Shown here in pieces: positions 1 through 9,104 of a DNA stretch of 61,360 nucleotides (its first letter is position 1; each line of letters opens with the position of its first letter). This stretch comes from Candidatus Aminicenantes bacterium (GTDB lineage: Bacteria > Acidobacteriota > Aminicenantia > Aminicenantales > Saccharicenantaceae): positions 1-61,360 of the forward strand of contig VGJC01000001.1 in assembly GCA_016867635.1 (NCBI GenBank). The letters run 5' to 3'. A program made the translations under genes and the position numbers. Under the pieces are notes generated by a model that was not told the origin of the DNA, did no database searches, and saw nothing but the letters and a program-made list of their open reading frames with translations.

Positions 1-261
1 GTTGAGGGCGATCTTGCGGAGCCAGGGGTAGAGGGGCCAGTCGGCGTCGAACCGGCCCAGGGCGAAGTAGGCCTTGACGAACGTTTCCTGGGCGAGGTCG
101 TCGGCCGACTGGTGCGCGCCGGTCAGCCGCCGGCAGAGGGCGTAGATCCGCTGCTGATGCTTGCGGACCAGGCTCTCGAAGGCGTCCATGTCTCCCTGCT
201 GGGCTTTCCTGACGAGGACGGCATCCTCCGGATGCTCGTGCGGTCTCGTCGGAGCTCCCAT
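1..261 (-). CDS. ECF-type RNA polymerase sigma-70 factor, N-terminal part (gene runs off the left edge)
   Basis: Absent from the ORF track because there is no stop in the window. My reverse-strand translation from ATG 261-259 is MGAPTRPHEHPEDAVLVRKAQQGDMDAFESLVRKHQQRIYALCRRLTGAHQSADDLAQETFVKAYFALGRFDADWPLYPWLRKIALN. This is the typical sigma-70 region 2 pattern of ECF sigma factors. Confidence 0.8.
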   Translation of the reverse strand, partial: MGAPTRPHEHPEDAVLVRKAQQGDMDAFESLVRKHQQRIYALCRRLTGAHQSADDLAQETFVKAYFALGRFDADWPLYPWLRKIALN

Positions 262-299
262 AGGTGATACACCTCGCCGCGGAACTTATTCCCTTTCCT

Positions 300-328
300 A
301 TTATAGGCTTTTCGGCCGGACTTGTCGC
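300..328 (-). promoter_or_regulatory. Possible sigma-70 promoter for the ECF sigma gene (GCGACA-17-TATAAT on the minus strand)
   Basis: The reverse complement of 300-305 is a perfect TATAAT. The -35 (reverse complement of 323-328) is GCGACA, 17 nt upstream, about 40 nt before the ATG. The -35 is weak and there is no experimental support. Confidence 0.35.
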
Positions 329-393
329 CGCGGAGGCCCGAAAGGTGCCAGCCCGTCGGATGGGGAGAGACGCTGGAGGGAGCAGAATAACAG

Positions 394-422
394 GGGGACA
401 CGTACCTCCGGTACATGTCCCC
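394..422 (-). terminator. Putative rho-independent terminator downstream of tonB
   Basis: 13-bp stem (394-406 pairs with 410-422, one G-U wobble on the minus-strand RNA) and a 3-nt loop. It starts 8 nt after the tonB stop and is followed on the minus-strand RNA by CUGUUAUUCUGCU. Confidence 0.45.
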
Positions 423-429
423 GATCTCT

Positions 430-1149
430 TCACTTCAGCACGAAGCGGACGGTCACCGTGAAGGTCACGGGCCTGGGACGCCCGTTGATGACGAGCGGCT
501 CGTAGACCCATTGGCGGACGGCGGCGACCGCGGCCTCGTCGAGCAGCGGGATGGAGCGCAGGACCTTGACGTCGATGACCCGTCCGTAGATGTCGGTCGT
601 CGCTTCGAGGATGACGACGCCCGCGGCCCGGACGAGCCGGGCGATCTCGGGATACTCGGGCTCGACCCGGCGGACGAGCCGGGGAGCCTTGATCTCGCCA
701 ACGGCCTGGACGACGGGCTCGACGTCGCCGACCAGGCTGTAAAGGACGTCCCCGATGAGGCCGGCCGGCAGGCCGCCCTCGATCCCGTAATCGACGCCGC
801 CGGGGATGCCGAACTCGGCGCCCCCGGCCCCGAAGCTCTCTTCGACGATGCCCTCGGGGATGTTCACGGGAGCGACGCTCCAGGTCGCGGCCGACGCGGC
901 GACAGGGCGCGCCTTGATCCGGCCCCCCGGGCTCCCGGTCCTCGCTTTGGGCGGAGGCAGTGGTGTCTTGGGAAGCGCGGGGGCGACGATGACTGTCGAG
1001 ATCCCGGACTGAGGCAGGTCGCCTACTCTAAGGAGCGGCAGGACCAGGGCCAGGGTCAGGGCGGCCGCGTGGACGAGCGCGGCCGCCGGCAGGGCGACGG
1101 CCTTGGCCCCCAAATGTTTTTCCGGGATGAAGAACGCGTCTTGGAACAT
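430..1149 (-). CDS. TonB family energy transducer (C-terminal TonB domain)
   Basis: ORF 430..1245 trimmed to the internal Met (MFQDAFFIPEK...), which is preceded by AGGAGG with a 5-nt spacer. It has an N-terminal TM helix, a Pro-rich linker (ALPKTPLPPPKA) and a C-terminal ...PEYPEIARLVRAAGVVILEATTDIYGRVIDVKVLRSIPLLDEAAVAAVRQWVYEP... TonB_C pattern. Confidence 0.8.
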   Translation of the reverse strand: MFQDAFFIPEKHLGAKAVALPAAALVHAAALTLALVLPLLRVGDLPQSGISTVIVAPALPKTPLPPPKARTGSPGGRIKARPVAASAATWSVAPVNIPEGIVEESFGAGGAEFGIPGGVDYGIEGGLPAGLIGDVLYSLVGDVEPVVQAVGEIKAPRLVRRVEPEYPEIARLVRAAGVVILEATTDIYGRVIDVKVLRSIPLLDEAAVAAVRQWVYEPLVINGRPRPVTFTVTVRFVLK

Positions 1150-1340
1150 CTTGGCCTCCTTGCGGCGGACTCCCGGAAGCCCGTGCTTCCATACGGGATA
1201 CAATCGAGGAGGCAGAGATATTCCCCAAGGACGGTCCGTTATCAAGGGGAAGTCCTCAGTTCGGCTTGGCGAAGGATATCACCCTGGGCGACATCCATCG
1301 CCGCCTCACGACGGACTTCCTTAGCAGAGCGGAACGAGGG

Positions 1341-2609
1341 CTACGCTTTCGCCTTGGGCCTCCGGCCGGCCTTCTTATAGACGACGGCGACGACGGTCTT
1401 GTCGTTGCCGCCCATGTTGACCGACAGGGCGTAGGGGCGCTTGCGCGAGATCTTGATCTGCCAGCCGTCGGCCTTCCCCGTGAGCTGCTGCCAGACCGTG
1501 ACGGCCTGGCGAACCCCGGTCCCGCCTGTCGGATGGCCCCAGCCGACGAGCCCGCCCGAGGTGTTGAACGGCACCTCGCCCTTGCGCGAGGTCTTGCCCG
1601 CCAGCACGTAGTCGGCGCCTTCGCCCTTGCCGGCCAGGCCGATGGCCTCGACCGACAGGATGCCGGAGATGGTGAAGCAGTCGTGGCACTCGACCGTGCC
1701 GATCTGGTCCAGCGTGACGCCCGCGGCGTCCAGGGCCTTCCGCACGGCCCGCCTGGTCGTTTCGAGCTCGGTCAGGTCGGCCGGCGGCACGGTCAGGTCG
1801 GCCTCGACCTGCCCCCAGCCGGCGACCTCGACGGCCTCGTTCTTGGGGACGCCGCAGCGCTCGAGGCCCTCCTCGGACATCACGGCGATGGCCGCCGCGC
1901 CGTCGGAGACCTTGGAGCAGTCGAAGACGTTGAGATGGTCGACGAACGACCGGGGATTGGGCTCGGCCAGGCCCACGGCCTCGAGGTCCGGGCAGGTGTT
2001 GTGGAACTCCTGGGCCGTGTCGCACAGCCGGGCGTTCTCGACGGCGTTCCGGTACCAGCGGGCGAAGGCCCGCCGGGCCTTGTCGCGCCCGACCTTCTCG
2101 ATGTAGGCCCCGGCCCGGTCGCTGAAGAGCGAGGGGAAGAAGTAGGCGTGGCCTTGCTTTCGCTCGCCGCGGTACCAGCCGGCGCCGCCGAGGATGTCGG
2201 CCCCGTAGATGGCCTTGACCGTGTTCTGGACCTCGACGCCGACCGTCAGGACGACGTCGGACGCCCCGGACATCACGCTCTTGATGGCCGCCGTCAGCGC
2301 GACGCCTCCCGAGGCGCAGGCGCACTCGACCCGGGTGCACGGCTTCCAGCGGAGGTCGGGGTCGATCGAGGGGATGAGCGCCGCCAGGTGCCCCTGCTTG
2401 TTGAAGCGGGCGGCCATGAAGTTGCCGATGACGCCCTCGTCGACGTTCCGGCCGCCGCCGATCCGGGCCAGGACGGCCCGCCCGGCCTCCTGGATGTATT
2501 CCTCGAGCCCCGGCCGGGGCTTTTTGGGATTGAATTCCTTGCGTCCGGTGCCGAGGGAGACCGTGTGGTGGCCCGCGGCCATGTAGACCTTGCGCCGGTT
2601 CTTTTTCAT
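1341..2609 (-). CDS. Thiolase family acetyl-CoA C-acyltransferase (SCP-x/thiolase-like)
   Basis: 422-aa ORF with an active-site-like CASGG segment (ECACASGGVALTAA), a ...ECHDCFT... segment and a C-terminal GHPTGGTG motif. It is the last gene of the beta-oxidation/butyryl-CoA block. Confidence 0.8.
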   Translation of the reverse strand: MKKNRRKVYMAAGHHTVSLGTGRKEFNPKKPRPGLEEYIQEAGRAVLARIGGGRNVDEGVIGNFMAARFNKQGHLAALIPSIDPDLRWKPCTRVECACASGGVALTAAIKSVMSGASDVVLTVGVEVQNTVKAIYGADILGGAGWYRGERKQGHAYFFPSLFSDRAGAYIEKVGRDKARRAFARWYRNAVENARLCDTAQEFHNTCPDLEAVGLAEPNPRSFVDHLNVFDCSKVSDGAAAIAVMSEEGLERCGVPKNEAVEVAGWGQVEADLTVPPADLTELETTRRAVRKALDAAGVTLDQIGTVECHDCFTISGILSVEAIGLAGKGEGADYVLAGKTSRKGEVPFNTSGGLVGWGHPTGGTGVRQAVTVWQQLTGKADGWQIKISRKRPYALSVNMGGNDKTVVAVVYKKAGRRPKAKA

Positions 2610-2622
2610 CGTCCGTCCTCTC

Positions 2623-3960
2623 TCAATCGAAGTAGCCGTTGACCGGCCCGTAGGCGTGGTAGAAGCCGGTCAGCATGACGGTGTTGACGTCCTCGTCCTT
2701 GCGGGCGACGCCGTCCCTGACCAGCCCGAGGCCGATCTCCTTGGAACGCCGCCCGTACTCGCGGGCCAGATCGGCCCCGAGCGTGTCCATCTTCCGGAGC
2801 TCCTTGAAATAGCCCTCGAGGAAGCCCGCTTTGTCGGCCATGCCGATGACCCCCTTCCAGGGCTTGGCCGAGGAGGGGAGGGGGCCGAGACGCTCGTCGC
2901 ACCGGGCGCTGATCTCGGCCAGCGGGACATAGGCCTTGGTGTCGGGGTTGAAGACCCCGGCCGGGCGGCCTTTCTCGTACTTGAGAAAGCCGTCCTTCTG
3001 GGAGCCGTCCGGGAACTGGCCGCCGGCGACCCCCATTCCGAGCATCCCGTCCACGAGCGGGCTGCGGAGACCTTGGCCCGGGAGCCGCTCGTTCATGACC
3101 CCGAGGATGAAGCGGCAGACGTCGAGCCCGACGTAATCGACGAGCTGGAAGATGCCCATGGGCCGGATGAGGAATTCCTGGCTGACCTTGTTGACCATAT
3201 AGACGGCGTCGACGAATCCGTATTGACCGGACAGCCGCTCGGCATCGGCGATGCCGTGGAGGGCGTCGCGCATGAAGTGCCCGTTGCCGATGAAGCCGGC
3301 CACGTCGTTCGAAGCGACGACCGTCTTGCGCAGCTTCTTGGCGTACTGGGCGGCGAACTCGGCCAGCTCGGGCAGCGTCGTCCCGGCCCGAATGACCTCG
3401 ACCAGCTTCTGGACGGCCGGCGGGTTGTAGAAGTGGAAGCCGACGATCCGGCCGCCGAGGCCGATCCTCGCGTCGAGCTCGGAGATGGGGATGGACGAGG
3501 TGTTGGTCAGGAACCAGGCGCCCCTCGAGTTGTTGTCCTTGATCCCGGCGAGGAGCTTGACCTTGAGGTCGGGATTCTCGTTGACGGCCTCGAAGACCAG
3601 CGTCGAGCCGTGGGCGGCCTCGATCCGGGTCGTCGGCCGGACGAAAGCCAGGACGTCCTCGACATACTGGCGGATGATATCCTCGTTCTCGATGAGGTCG
3701 GCCCGGTCGGCGTAAACGGCGCGCAAGGCGACGGTCTTCTTCTCGGCCGTCCGCAGGACCTGAGCCCGCAGGTACTTGACGAGGCCGGTCAGGGCCTTGG
3801 ACGAGATGTCCACGGCGTTGAGGGTGAACTCGCGGTCCTTGTGGGCCGGGTCCAGGGCCAGGTCGGCCATCTCCAGGGCCGTCAGCAGGACGATGCCGCT
3901 GCCCATCTTCCCGGCGGCGCCCAGGACGGTGACGTTCTCGAGTCGCTCGGCGTAGCTCAT
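2623..3960 (-). CDS. 3-hydroxyacyl-CoA (3-hydroxybutyryl-CoA) dehydrogenase, long form
   Basis: ORF 2623..4383 trimmed to MSYAERLENVTVLGAAGKMGSGI (Rossmann GxGxxG). This ATG overlaps the crotonase stop as ATGA at 3957-3960. The upstream part of the track ORF is Arg/Pro junk overlapping the crotonase gene. Confidence 0.85.
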   Translation of the reverse strand: MSYAERLENVTVLGAAGKMGSGIVLLTALEMADLALDPAHKDREFTLNAVDISSKALTGLVKYLRAQVLRTAEKKTVALRAVYADRADLIENEDIIRQYVEDVLAFVRPTTRIEAAHGSTLVFEAVNENPDLKVKLLAGIKDNNSRGAWFLTNTSSIPISELDARIGLGGRIVGFHFYNPPAVQKLVEVIRAGTTLPELAEFAAQYAKKLRKTVVASNDVAGFIGNGHFMRDALHGIADAERLSGQYGFVDAVYMVNKVSQEFLIRPMGIFQLVDYVGLDVCRFILGVMNERLPGQGLRSPLVDGMLGMGVAGGQFPDGSQKDGFLKYEKGRPAGVFNPDTKAYVPLAEISARCDERLGPLPSSAKPWKGVIGMADKAGFLEGYFKELRKMDTLGADLAREYGRRSKEIGLGLVRDGVARKDEDVNTVMLTGFYHAYGPVNGYFD

Positions 3961-4733
3961 GACCGGCTCCAATCGGGTTTGCGCTTCTCGAGGAAGGCCT
4001 TCATGCCCTCGGCCCCTTCGTTGCCGAAAAGAGAACCGAACAGCTCCGACTCCAGGGCGCAGCCGCTCTCGAAGTCCCCGAGGACCCCTTCGCGGACGGC
4101 GCGTTTGACGAGCTTGACGGCCTTGGGGCCCTTGGAGGCGACGAGCTTGGCCAGGTCGACGGCCGTCTGAAGGAGGGCCTCGGGCTCGACGACCTTCTGG
4201 ACGAGGCCCATCCGCAGGGCCTCGTCGGCCCCGATCATCTCGCCCGTCAGGAGCAGGAACAGGGCGTTGCCCGGGCCGATGAGGCGGGGCAGCCGCTGGG
4301 TCGCGGCGTAGCCGGGGATGAGGCCCAGGTTGACCTCGGGCTGGCCGAACTTGGCCTTGGAGCTGGCGACGCGGAAGTCGCACCCCAGGGCCAGCTCCAG
4401 GCCGCCGCCGAGGGCGAAGCCGTTGACGGCCGCGATGACCGGTTTGTCGAGCCGCTCCAGGGACCGGAACGTGGCCTGCCCGAGCCGCGAGAAGCGCGAG
4501 CCTTCCTCCGGCGTTTTGTCGACCATCTCGGCGATGTCGGCGCCGGCGACGAAGGCCTTGCCTTCGCCGGTGATGACCACGGCCTTGATGTCGGCCCGGT
4601 CCCGGTATTCGGCGACGAGGGAATCCATCTCCTGGAAGAACCGGGTGTTCAAGGCGTTCAGGGCCTGGGGCCGGGAGACGGTGACGACGGCGACGCCGTC
4701 GGCGATCTCCTGCTTGAGGATCTCGTAGTTCAT
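3957..4733 (-). CDS. Enoyl-CoA hydratase (crotonase family)
   Basis: 258 aa. ...VVTVSRPQALNALN...VVITGEGKAFVAGADIAEM...AAVNGFALGGGLELALGCD... are classic crotonase-fold motifs. Confidence 0.9.
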   Translation of the reverse strand: MNYEILKQEIADGVAVVTVSRPQALNALNTRFFQEMDSLVAEYRDRADIKAVVITGEGKAFVAGADIAEMVDKTPEEGSRFSRLGQATFRSLERLDKPVIAAVNGFALGGGLELALGCDFRVASSKAKFGQPEVNLGLIPGYAATQRLPRLIGPGNALFLLLTGEMIGADEALRMGLVQKVVEPEALLQTAVDLAKLVASKGPKAVKLVKRAVREGVLGDFESGCALESELFGSLFGNEGAEGMKAFLEKRKPDWSRS

Positions 4734-4743
4734 GGCATCCTCC

Positions 4744-5889
4744 CTATTTCGTCAAGACGGACCTGGCGATGACCAGCCGCTGGATCTCGGACGTCCCTTC
4801 GTAGATCTCGGTGATCCGCTGGTCGCGGTAGAGGCGCTCGACCTTGTATTCCTTCATGTAGCCGTAGCCGCCGTGGACCTGGAGGGCCTTGTGGCAGACC
4901 CGGTGCGACATCTCGGAGGAGAACAGCTTGATCATGGCCGCCTCGGCCGTGAACTTCCGGTCCCCCTTGTCCTTCATCCAGGCCACCCGGTAGAGCATGG
5001 ACTTGGCGACCTCGACCTCGACGGCCATGTCGGCCAGCATGAACTGAACGGCCTGCAGCTCGCAGATCGGCTTGCCGAACTGGACCCGCTCCTTGGCGTA
5101 GCGGACGGCTTCTTCGAGAGCCGCCTCGGCGATGCCGACGGCCTGGGCGGCGATGCCGATCCGCCCGCAGTCCAGGGTGGCCAGGGCGATGCTCAGGCCC
5201 TTGTTCTCCTGGCCCAGGAGATTGGCCGCCGGGACCCGGCAGTCGGTGAAGATGAGCTCGGTCGTGCTCGAGGTGCGGATGCCCATCTTGTTCTCGTGCT
5301 TGCCGACGGCGAACCCCGGTGTCCCCTTGGGGACCAGGATGGCCGAGATACCCCGGGCGCCCTTCTCCTTGTCGGTGCTAAAAAAGCCGATGACCAGGTC
5401 GGCATAGCCGCCGTTGGAGACGAACGTCTTGGCGCCGTTGAGGACGAACTCGTCGCGGTCGCGGACGGCCGTGGCCCGGACGCCCGCCGGGTCGCTGCCG
5501 GCGTCGGCCTCGGTCAGCGAAAAACAGCCGACCCATTCCCCGGAGGCCAGCCTGGGAAGATAGGTTTTCTTCTGGTCTTCGGTGCCGTACATCATCAGGG
5601 CGTCGTTGACCAGCGAGTTCTGGACGGAGACGGCCACCGTCAGCCCGTTGTCCGCTTTGCTGAACTCCATCAGGGCCCCGACATAGGCGATGGCCCCCAG
5701 GTCCGCCCCGCCGTAGGCCTCGGGGACGGTCATGCCCAGGTAGCCCAGCTCGCCCAGCTTCTTGAAGGCCGCGAGGTTGAATTCGCCCTTCTCGTCCCGT
5801 TCCTCCATGCCCGGGGCCAGCTCCTTTTCGGCGAACTTCCTGGCCCCGTCGACGACCATCTTCTGCTCTTCGTTCAGCTCAAAATCCAT
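4744..5889 (-). CDS. Acyl-CoA dehydrogenase (short-chain/butyryl-CoA type)
   Basis: 381 aa. MDFELNEEQKM..., ...GCFSLTEADAGSDPAG..., ...QVHGGYGYMKEYKVERLYRDQRITEIYEGTSEIQRLVIAR are the ACAD family signatures. Confidence 0.9.
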   Translation of the reverse strand: MDFELNEEQKMVVDGARKFAEKELAPGMEERDEKGEFNLAAFKKLGELGYLGMTVPEAYGGADLGAIAYVGALMEFSKADNGLTVAVSVQNSLVNDALMMYGTEDQKKTYLPRLASGEWVGCFSLTEADAGSDPAGVRATAVRDRDEFVLNGAKTFVSNGGYADLVIGFFSTDKEKGARGISAILVPKGTPGFAVGKHENKMGIRTSSTTELIFTDCRVPAANLLGQENKGLSIALATLDCGRIGIAAQAVGIAEAALEEAVRYAKERVQFGKPICELQAVQFMLADMAVEVEVAKSMLYRVAWMKDKGDRKFTAEAAMIKLFSSEMSHRVCHKALQVHGGYGYMKEYKVERLYRDQRITEIYEGTSEIQRLVIARSVLTK

Positions 5890-5938
5890 GATGACTCCTT
5901 CCTCGGTCCGAACATATATCGGCGCCCGCGCGCCTCCG

Positions 5939-6349
5939 TCACCCCTTCGAGGGCCGCCCGGCCCTCTCCCGGATGTAATCCACGATGCCTTGAAGATCGT
6001 CCCCCGGGCCGAAGACCTTGTCGATACCCAGCTCCCGGAGCTTCTCCTGGTCCCTGGTCGGGATGATGCCGCCCCCGGTCAGCAGGCGGTCGCCCAGGCC
6101 GGAGGCCTCCATGAGCTCCTTGACCCGGCGGAAGTTGGTCATGTGGGCCCCGGACAGGATGGACAGGCCGATGACGTCGGCGTCCTCGTCGACCGCGGCC
6201 CGGACGATGGACTCGGGCGACTGCTGCAGCCCGAGGTAGACGACCTCCATGCCGGCCTCGACCAGGGCCCGGGCGACGACCTTGGCGCCCCGGTCGTGGC
6301 CGTCGAGGCCGGGCTTGGCGATGATGACCTTGATCCTGCGGTCCGTCAT
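5939..6349 (-). CDS. Acyl-CoA mutase small subunit, B12-binding domain (isobutyryl-CoA mutase IcmB-like)
   Basis: 136 aa. KVIIAKPGLDGHDRGAKVVARAL...IGLSILSGAH carries the DxHxxG cobalamin-binding motif. Confidence 0.85.
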   Translation of the reverse strand: MTDRRIKVIIAKPGLDGHDRGAKVVARALVEAGMEVVYLGLQQSPESIVRAAVDEDADVIGLSILSGAHMTNFRRVKELMEASGLGDRLLTGGGIIPTRDQEKLRELGIDKVFGPGDDLQGIVDYIRERAGRPSKG

Positions 6350-6371
6350 GTTCGCATCCTCGCTTCCATCG

Positions 6372-8015
6372 CTAAAAGAACGGTTGTTCCCGGTATTCGC
6401 CGAAGACCTCGGTCAGGGCGTCGCTTATCTCCCCGAGGGTCGCGTAGCGGCGGGCGCAGTCGAGAAGGGGCGGCATCAGGTTCCGGCCTCCGAAGGCCGC
6501 GGCCTTGAGGTCCCGGAGGGCCTTCTCGGCGGCGGCGTTGTCGCGCTCGGCGCGCAGTCGGCGCAGGCGCTCGACCTGGTCCCGCTCCACGGACTCGTCG
6601 ATCTCGAGCAGGGGGATCTCCAGCGTCTGGCCGGGGTTGACGAACTCGTTGACCCCGACGTGGAACTTCTTCTTTTTCGACAACGCCATCTGATATTCGT
6701 AGGCGGCCCGGGTGATCTCCCGCTGGAAGAAGCCCTGCTCGATGGCCGGGACGACGCCGCCGAGCTCGTCGATCTTCCGGAAATAGCGCTCGGCCTCCTC
6801 CTCGAGGGCGTCGGTCAGCTTCTCGACGTAATAGGAGCCGCCCAGGGGGTCGATGACGTTGGCCGCGCCGCTCTCGAAGGCGATGACCTGCTGGGTCCGG
6901 AGGGCGATCTCGACGGCCTTCTCGGAGGGCAGGGCCAGGGCCTCGTCCATGGAGTTCGTGTGCAGGCTCTGGCAGCCGCCGAGCACTCCGGCCAGGGCCT
7001 CGAGGGCCGTCCGGACGACGTTGACCTCGGGCTGCTGGGCCGTCAGGCTGCAGCCGGCCGTCTGGACATGGAACCGGCAGAGCCACGAGCGCGGGTTCTT
7101 GGCTTTGTATTTGTCGCGCATGGCCCGGGCCCAGATGCGGCGGGCGGCCCGCATCTTGGCGATCTCCTCGAAGAAGTCGAGGTGGGAGTTGAAGAAGAAC
7201 GACAGCCGCGGGGCGAAGTCGTCGATGTCCATGCCGGCGGCGACGGCGTGCTCGACGTAGGCGAAGCCGTCGGCCAGGGTGAAGGCCAGCTCCTGGGCGG
7301 CCGTCGACCCGGCCTCCCGGATGTGGTAGCCGCTGATGGAGATGGTGTTCCACTGGGGGACTTCCTCGGCGCAATAGGCCATCAGGTCGGTGATCAGGCG
7401 GAGGTGGGGCTCGGGGGGGAAGATCCATTCCTTCTGGGCGATGTACTCCTTGAGGATGTCGTTCTGCAGGGTCCCCCGGAGCGCCTTGAACGGGATGCCG
7501 CGCTTCTCGGCGTTGGCCAGGAACATGGCGAAGATCCAGGCCGCCGGGGCGTTGATGGTCATCGAGGTCGAGACGCGGTCGAGGGGGATGCCGTCGAACA
7601 GGCGCTCCATGTCGGCCAGCGAAGAAACGGCCACACCGGTCTTGCCGACCTCGCCGGCCGACAGCGGATGGTCGGCGTCGCGGCCGTAGAGCGTCGGGTT
7701 GTCGAAGGCCACGGACAGGCCCGTTTGGCCCTTCTCGAGCAGGAACTTGTAGCGCTCGTTGGTCTGGTCGGCCGTGCCCATGCCCGCGAACTGGCGCATG
7801 GTCCAGAGCTTGCCCCGGTACATCGAGGGATGGACGCCGCGGGTGTAGGGATAGGCCCCCGGGTAGCCGAGCCGGGTCTCAGGATCATATCCCTCGAGGT
7901 CCTCCCAGGAATAAAGCGGTTCGAGCGGGCGGCCGGAGAGAGAGGTGAAATCGGCGTCCCTCAGGCCGCCTTTCTCGTATCGCTCCTGCCACTTTTTTCT
8001 ATTGGGGTTCTTCAC
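6372..8015 (-). CDS. Acyl-CoA mutase large (substrate-binding) subunit, isobutyryl-CoA-mutase-like
   Basis: 547 aa with methylmalonyl-CoA mutase family motifs (YPYTRG..., [21 protein letters not shown]). The specificity positions read RQFAG and YIAQKEW (Phe/Gln) rather than RQYAG and FMVRNT (Tyr/Arg) as in methylmalonyl-CoA mutase. Confidence 0.8.
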   Translation of the reverse strand: MKNPNRKKWQERYEKGGLRDADFTSLSGRPLEPLYSWEDLEGYDPETRLGYPGAYPYTRGVHPSMYRGKLWTMRQFAGMGTADQTNERYKFLLEKGQTGLSVAFDNPTLYGRDADHPLSAGEVGKTGVAVSSLADMERLFDGIPLDRVSTSMTINAPAAWIFAMFLANAEKRGIPFKALRGTLQNDILKEYIAQKEWIFPPEPHLRLITDLMAYCAEEVPQWNTISISGYHIREAGSTAAQELAFTLADGFAYVEHAVAAGMDIDDFAPRLSFFFNSHLDFFEEIAKMRAARRIWARAMRDKYKAKNPRSWLCRFHVQTAGCSLTAQQPEVNVVRTALEALAGVLGGCQSLHTNSMDEALALPSEKAVEIALRTQQVIAFESGAANVIDPLGGSYYVEKLTDALEEEAERYFRKIDELGGVVPAIEQGFFQREITRAAYEYQMALSKKKKFHVGVNEFVNPGQTLEIPLLEIDESVERDQVERLRRLRAERDNAAAEKALRDLKAAAFGGRNLMPPLLDCARRYATLGEISDALTEVFGEYREQPFF

Positions 8016-9033
8016 GGGGCCCTCTCTCTTCGTCGATCAAGATGCGGACCCGCGAGACGGCCTCGCGGATATAGGGGTAGGGGGAACGCCGCCGCTCGAG
8101 GAGCCGGCCGACGACCGCCGGGATGACCTCGCCGGCGTTGGTCAGCGCGGCGTACTTGTCCCACAGCTCCCGGCCGATGGCCGCCCGGACCTCGCTCTCG
8201 AGGCGGGCCCGGCGTTTCTCCAGGAACAGCCCGGAAGCGACCAGCCCGCTTACGAGGCGCTCGATCTCGGCGAAGGCCTCGTCCAGGCCCCTGTCCTGGA
8301 GGGCGGAGGCCTGGATGACCGGGGGCAGCGACTTCCTTCTCGGTCCGCCGCCGATCTCCATCAGGAACCGCAGGGAGTCAAGAAGCGTCTCTGTGCCCTG
8401 GAGGTCGGACTTGTTGACCAGGAACAGGTCGGCGGCCTCGATGATGCCGGCCTTGAGGGCCTGGATGACGTCGCCCGTCCCGGGCTGCAGGACGAGGACG
8501 ACCAGGTCGGCCGAGCTCATGACGTCGAGCTCGGACTGGCCGACCCCGACCGTCTCGATGAAGATGCGGTCCAGGCCGAAGGCGTCCAAGACGTCGGCGG
8601 CGTAGGGCGTCGCCGGGGACAATCCGCCGTGGCCCTCCCGCGAGGCCATGGAGCGGATGAAGACCTGGTGGTCGTCGCTCAGGCGCTGCATCCGGACCCG
8701 GTCCCCGAGGAAGGCCCCGCCGGAGAACGGGCTTGTGGGGTCGACGGCCAGGACCCCGACTTTCCGCCCGGCTTGGACGGCCCGTCGGGCCAGGGCGGCC
8801 GTGACCGTGCTCTTGCCGACGCCCGGGGGGCCGGTGACGCCGACGCGGATGCCGCCCTTCTGGCGGGGGATGATCCGGTCGAGGACCTCGGGGATCGCCT
8901 GCGGGGAGTTCTCGACGACCGAGATCAGGCGGGCGCAGGCCAGGCGGGAACCGGCGAAGAAATCCGTCCACAGTTCCTGGCTGACGGACGGTTTCTCCAC
9001 GCTCATGAAGCTAAGAAAGCGGCCTCTCCTCAC
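7999..9033 (-). CDS. meaB: MeaB/ArgK-type G-protein chaperone for B12-dependent mutases
   Basis: P-loop GPPGVGKST, ...[18 protein letters not shown]..., ...ETVGVGQSE..., NKSD. The track start at 9033 is GTG, and an alternative ATG lies at 9006 (MSVEKPS...). The 3' end overlaps the mutase start by 17 nt. Confidence 0.85.
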   Translation of the reverse strand: MRRGRFLSFMSVEKPSVSQELWTDFFAGSRLACARLISVVENSPQAIPEVLDRIIPRQKGGIRVGVTGPPGVGKSTVTAALARRAVQAGRKVGVLAVDPTSPFSGGAFLGDRVRMQRLSDDHQVFIRSMASREGHGGLSPATPYAADVLDAFGLDRIFIETVGVGQSELDVMSSADLVVLVLQPGTGDVIQALKAGIIEAADLFLVNKSDLQGTETLLDSLRFLMEIGGGPRRKSLPPVIQASALQDRGLDEAFAEIERLVSGLVASGLFLEKRRARLESEVRAAIGRELWDKYAALTNAGEVIPAVVGRLLERRRSPYPYIREAVSRVRILIDEERGPREEPQ

Positions 9034-9070
9034 GCCGCCGGTGCCGATTTCCCTTCTATCGAGAAACCTT

Positions 9071-9100
9071 TTTATATCTTTTTACGGCGCGCCCTGTCAA
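9071..9100 (-). promoter_or_regulatory. Sigma-70-type promoter for the meaB-icm-acd-crt-hbd-thiolase unit (TTGACA-18-TATAAA)
   Basis: The reverse complement of 9095-9100 is TTGACA and that of 9071-9076 is TATAAA, with an 18-nt spacer. It sits in an AT-rich patch just downstream of the pta stop. Confidence 0.5.
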
Positions 9101-9104
9101 GGAT

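Noticed and set aside
2623-4383. The track ORFs 2623..4383, 9105..10466, 12478..14886, 17493..18443, 18236..18955, 20630..21256, 26710..29103, 29013..30551, 29456..31060, 32827..33327, 33954..36245 and 38591..39433 have N-terminal extensions.
   Set aside because: The extended parts are Arg/Pro-rich junk that overlaps the upstream gene. In each case an internal ATG starts the homologous sequence, and that ATG either overlaps the upstream stop (ATGA) or has an SD. I used these trimmed coordinates.
4744-5889. There are no etfAB genes next to the acyl-CoA dehydrogenase, although they would be expected for a bifurcating butyryl-CoA dehydrogenase.
   Set aside because: Absence from a 61-kb window says nothing about the rest of the genome, so no conclusion can be drawn.
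6249-8126. Very long ORFs in the track lie opposite conserved genes. Examples: 6249..8126(+), 14733..17006(+), 24505..26496(+), 36672..39119(-), 42688..45024(-), 50626..52590(-), 52574..54433(-), 54982..56952(-) and 57950..59905(-).
   Set aside because: Their translations are low-complexity and rich in Arg, Gly, Pro, Asp and Ala, with no recognisable motifs. Each lies antisense to, or out of frame with, a gene that has clear family signatures. Such stop-free shadow frames are expected in GC-rich DNA.
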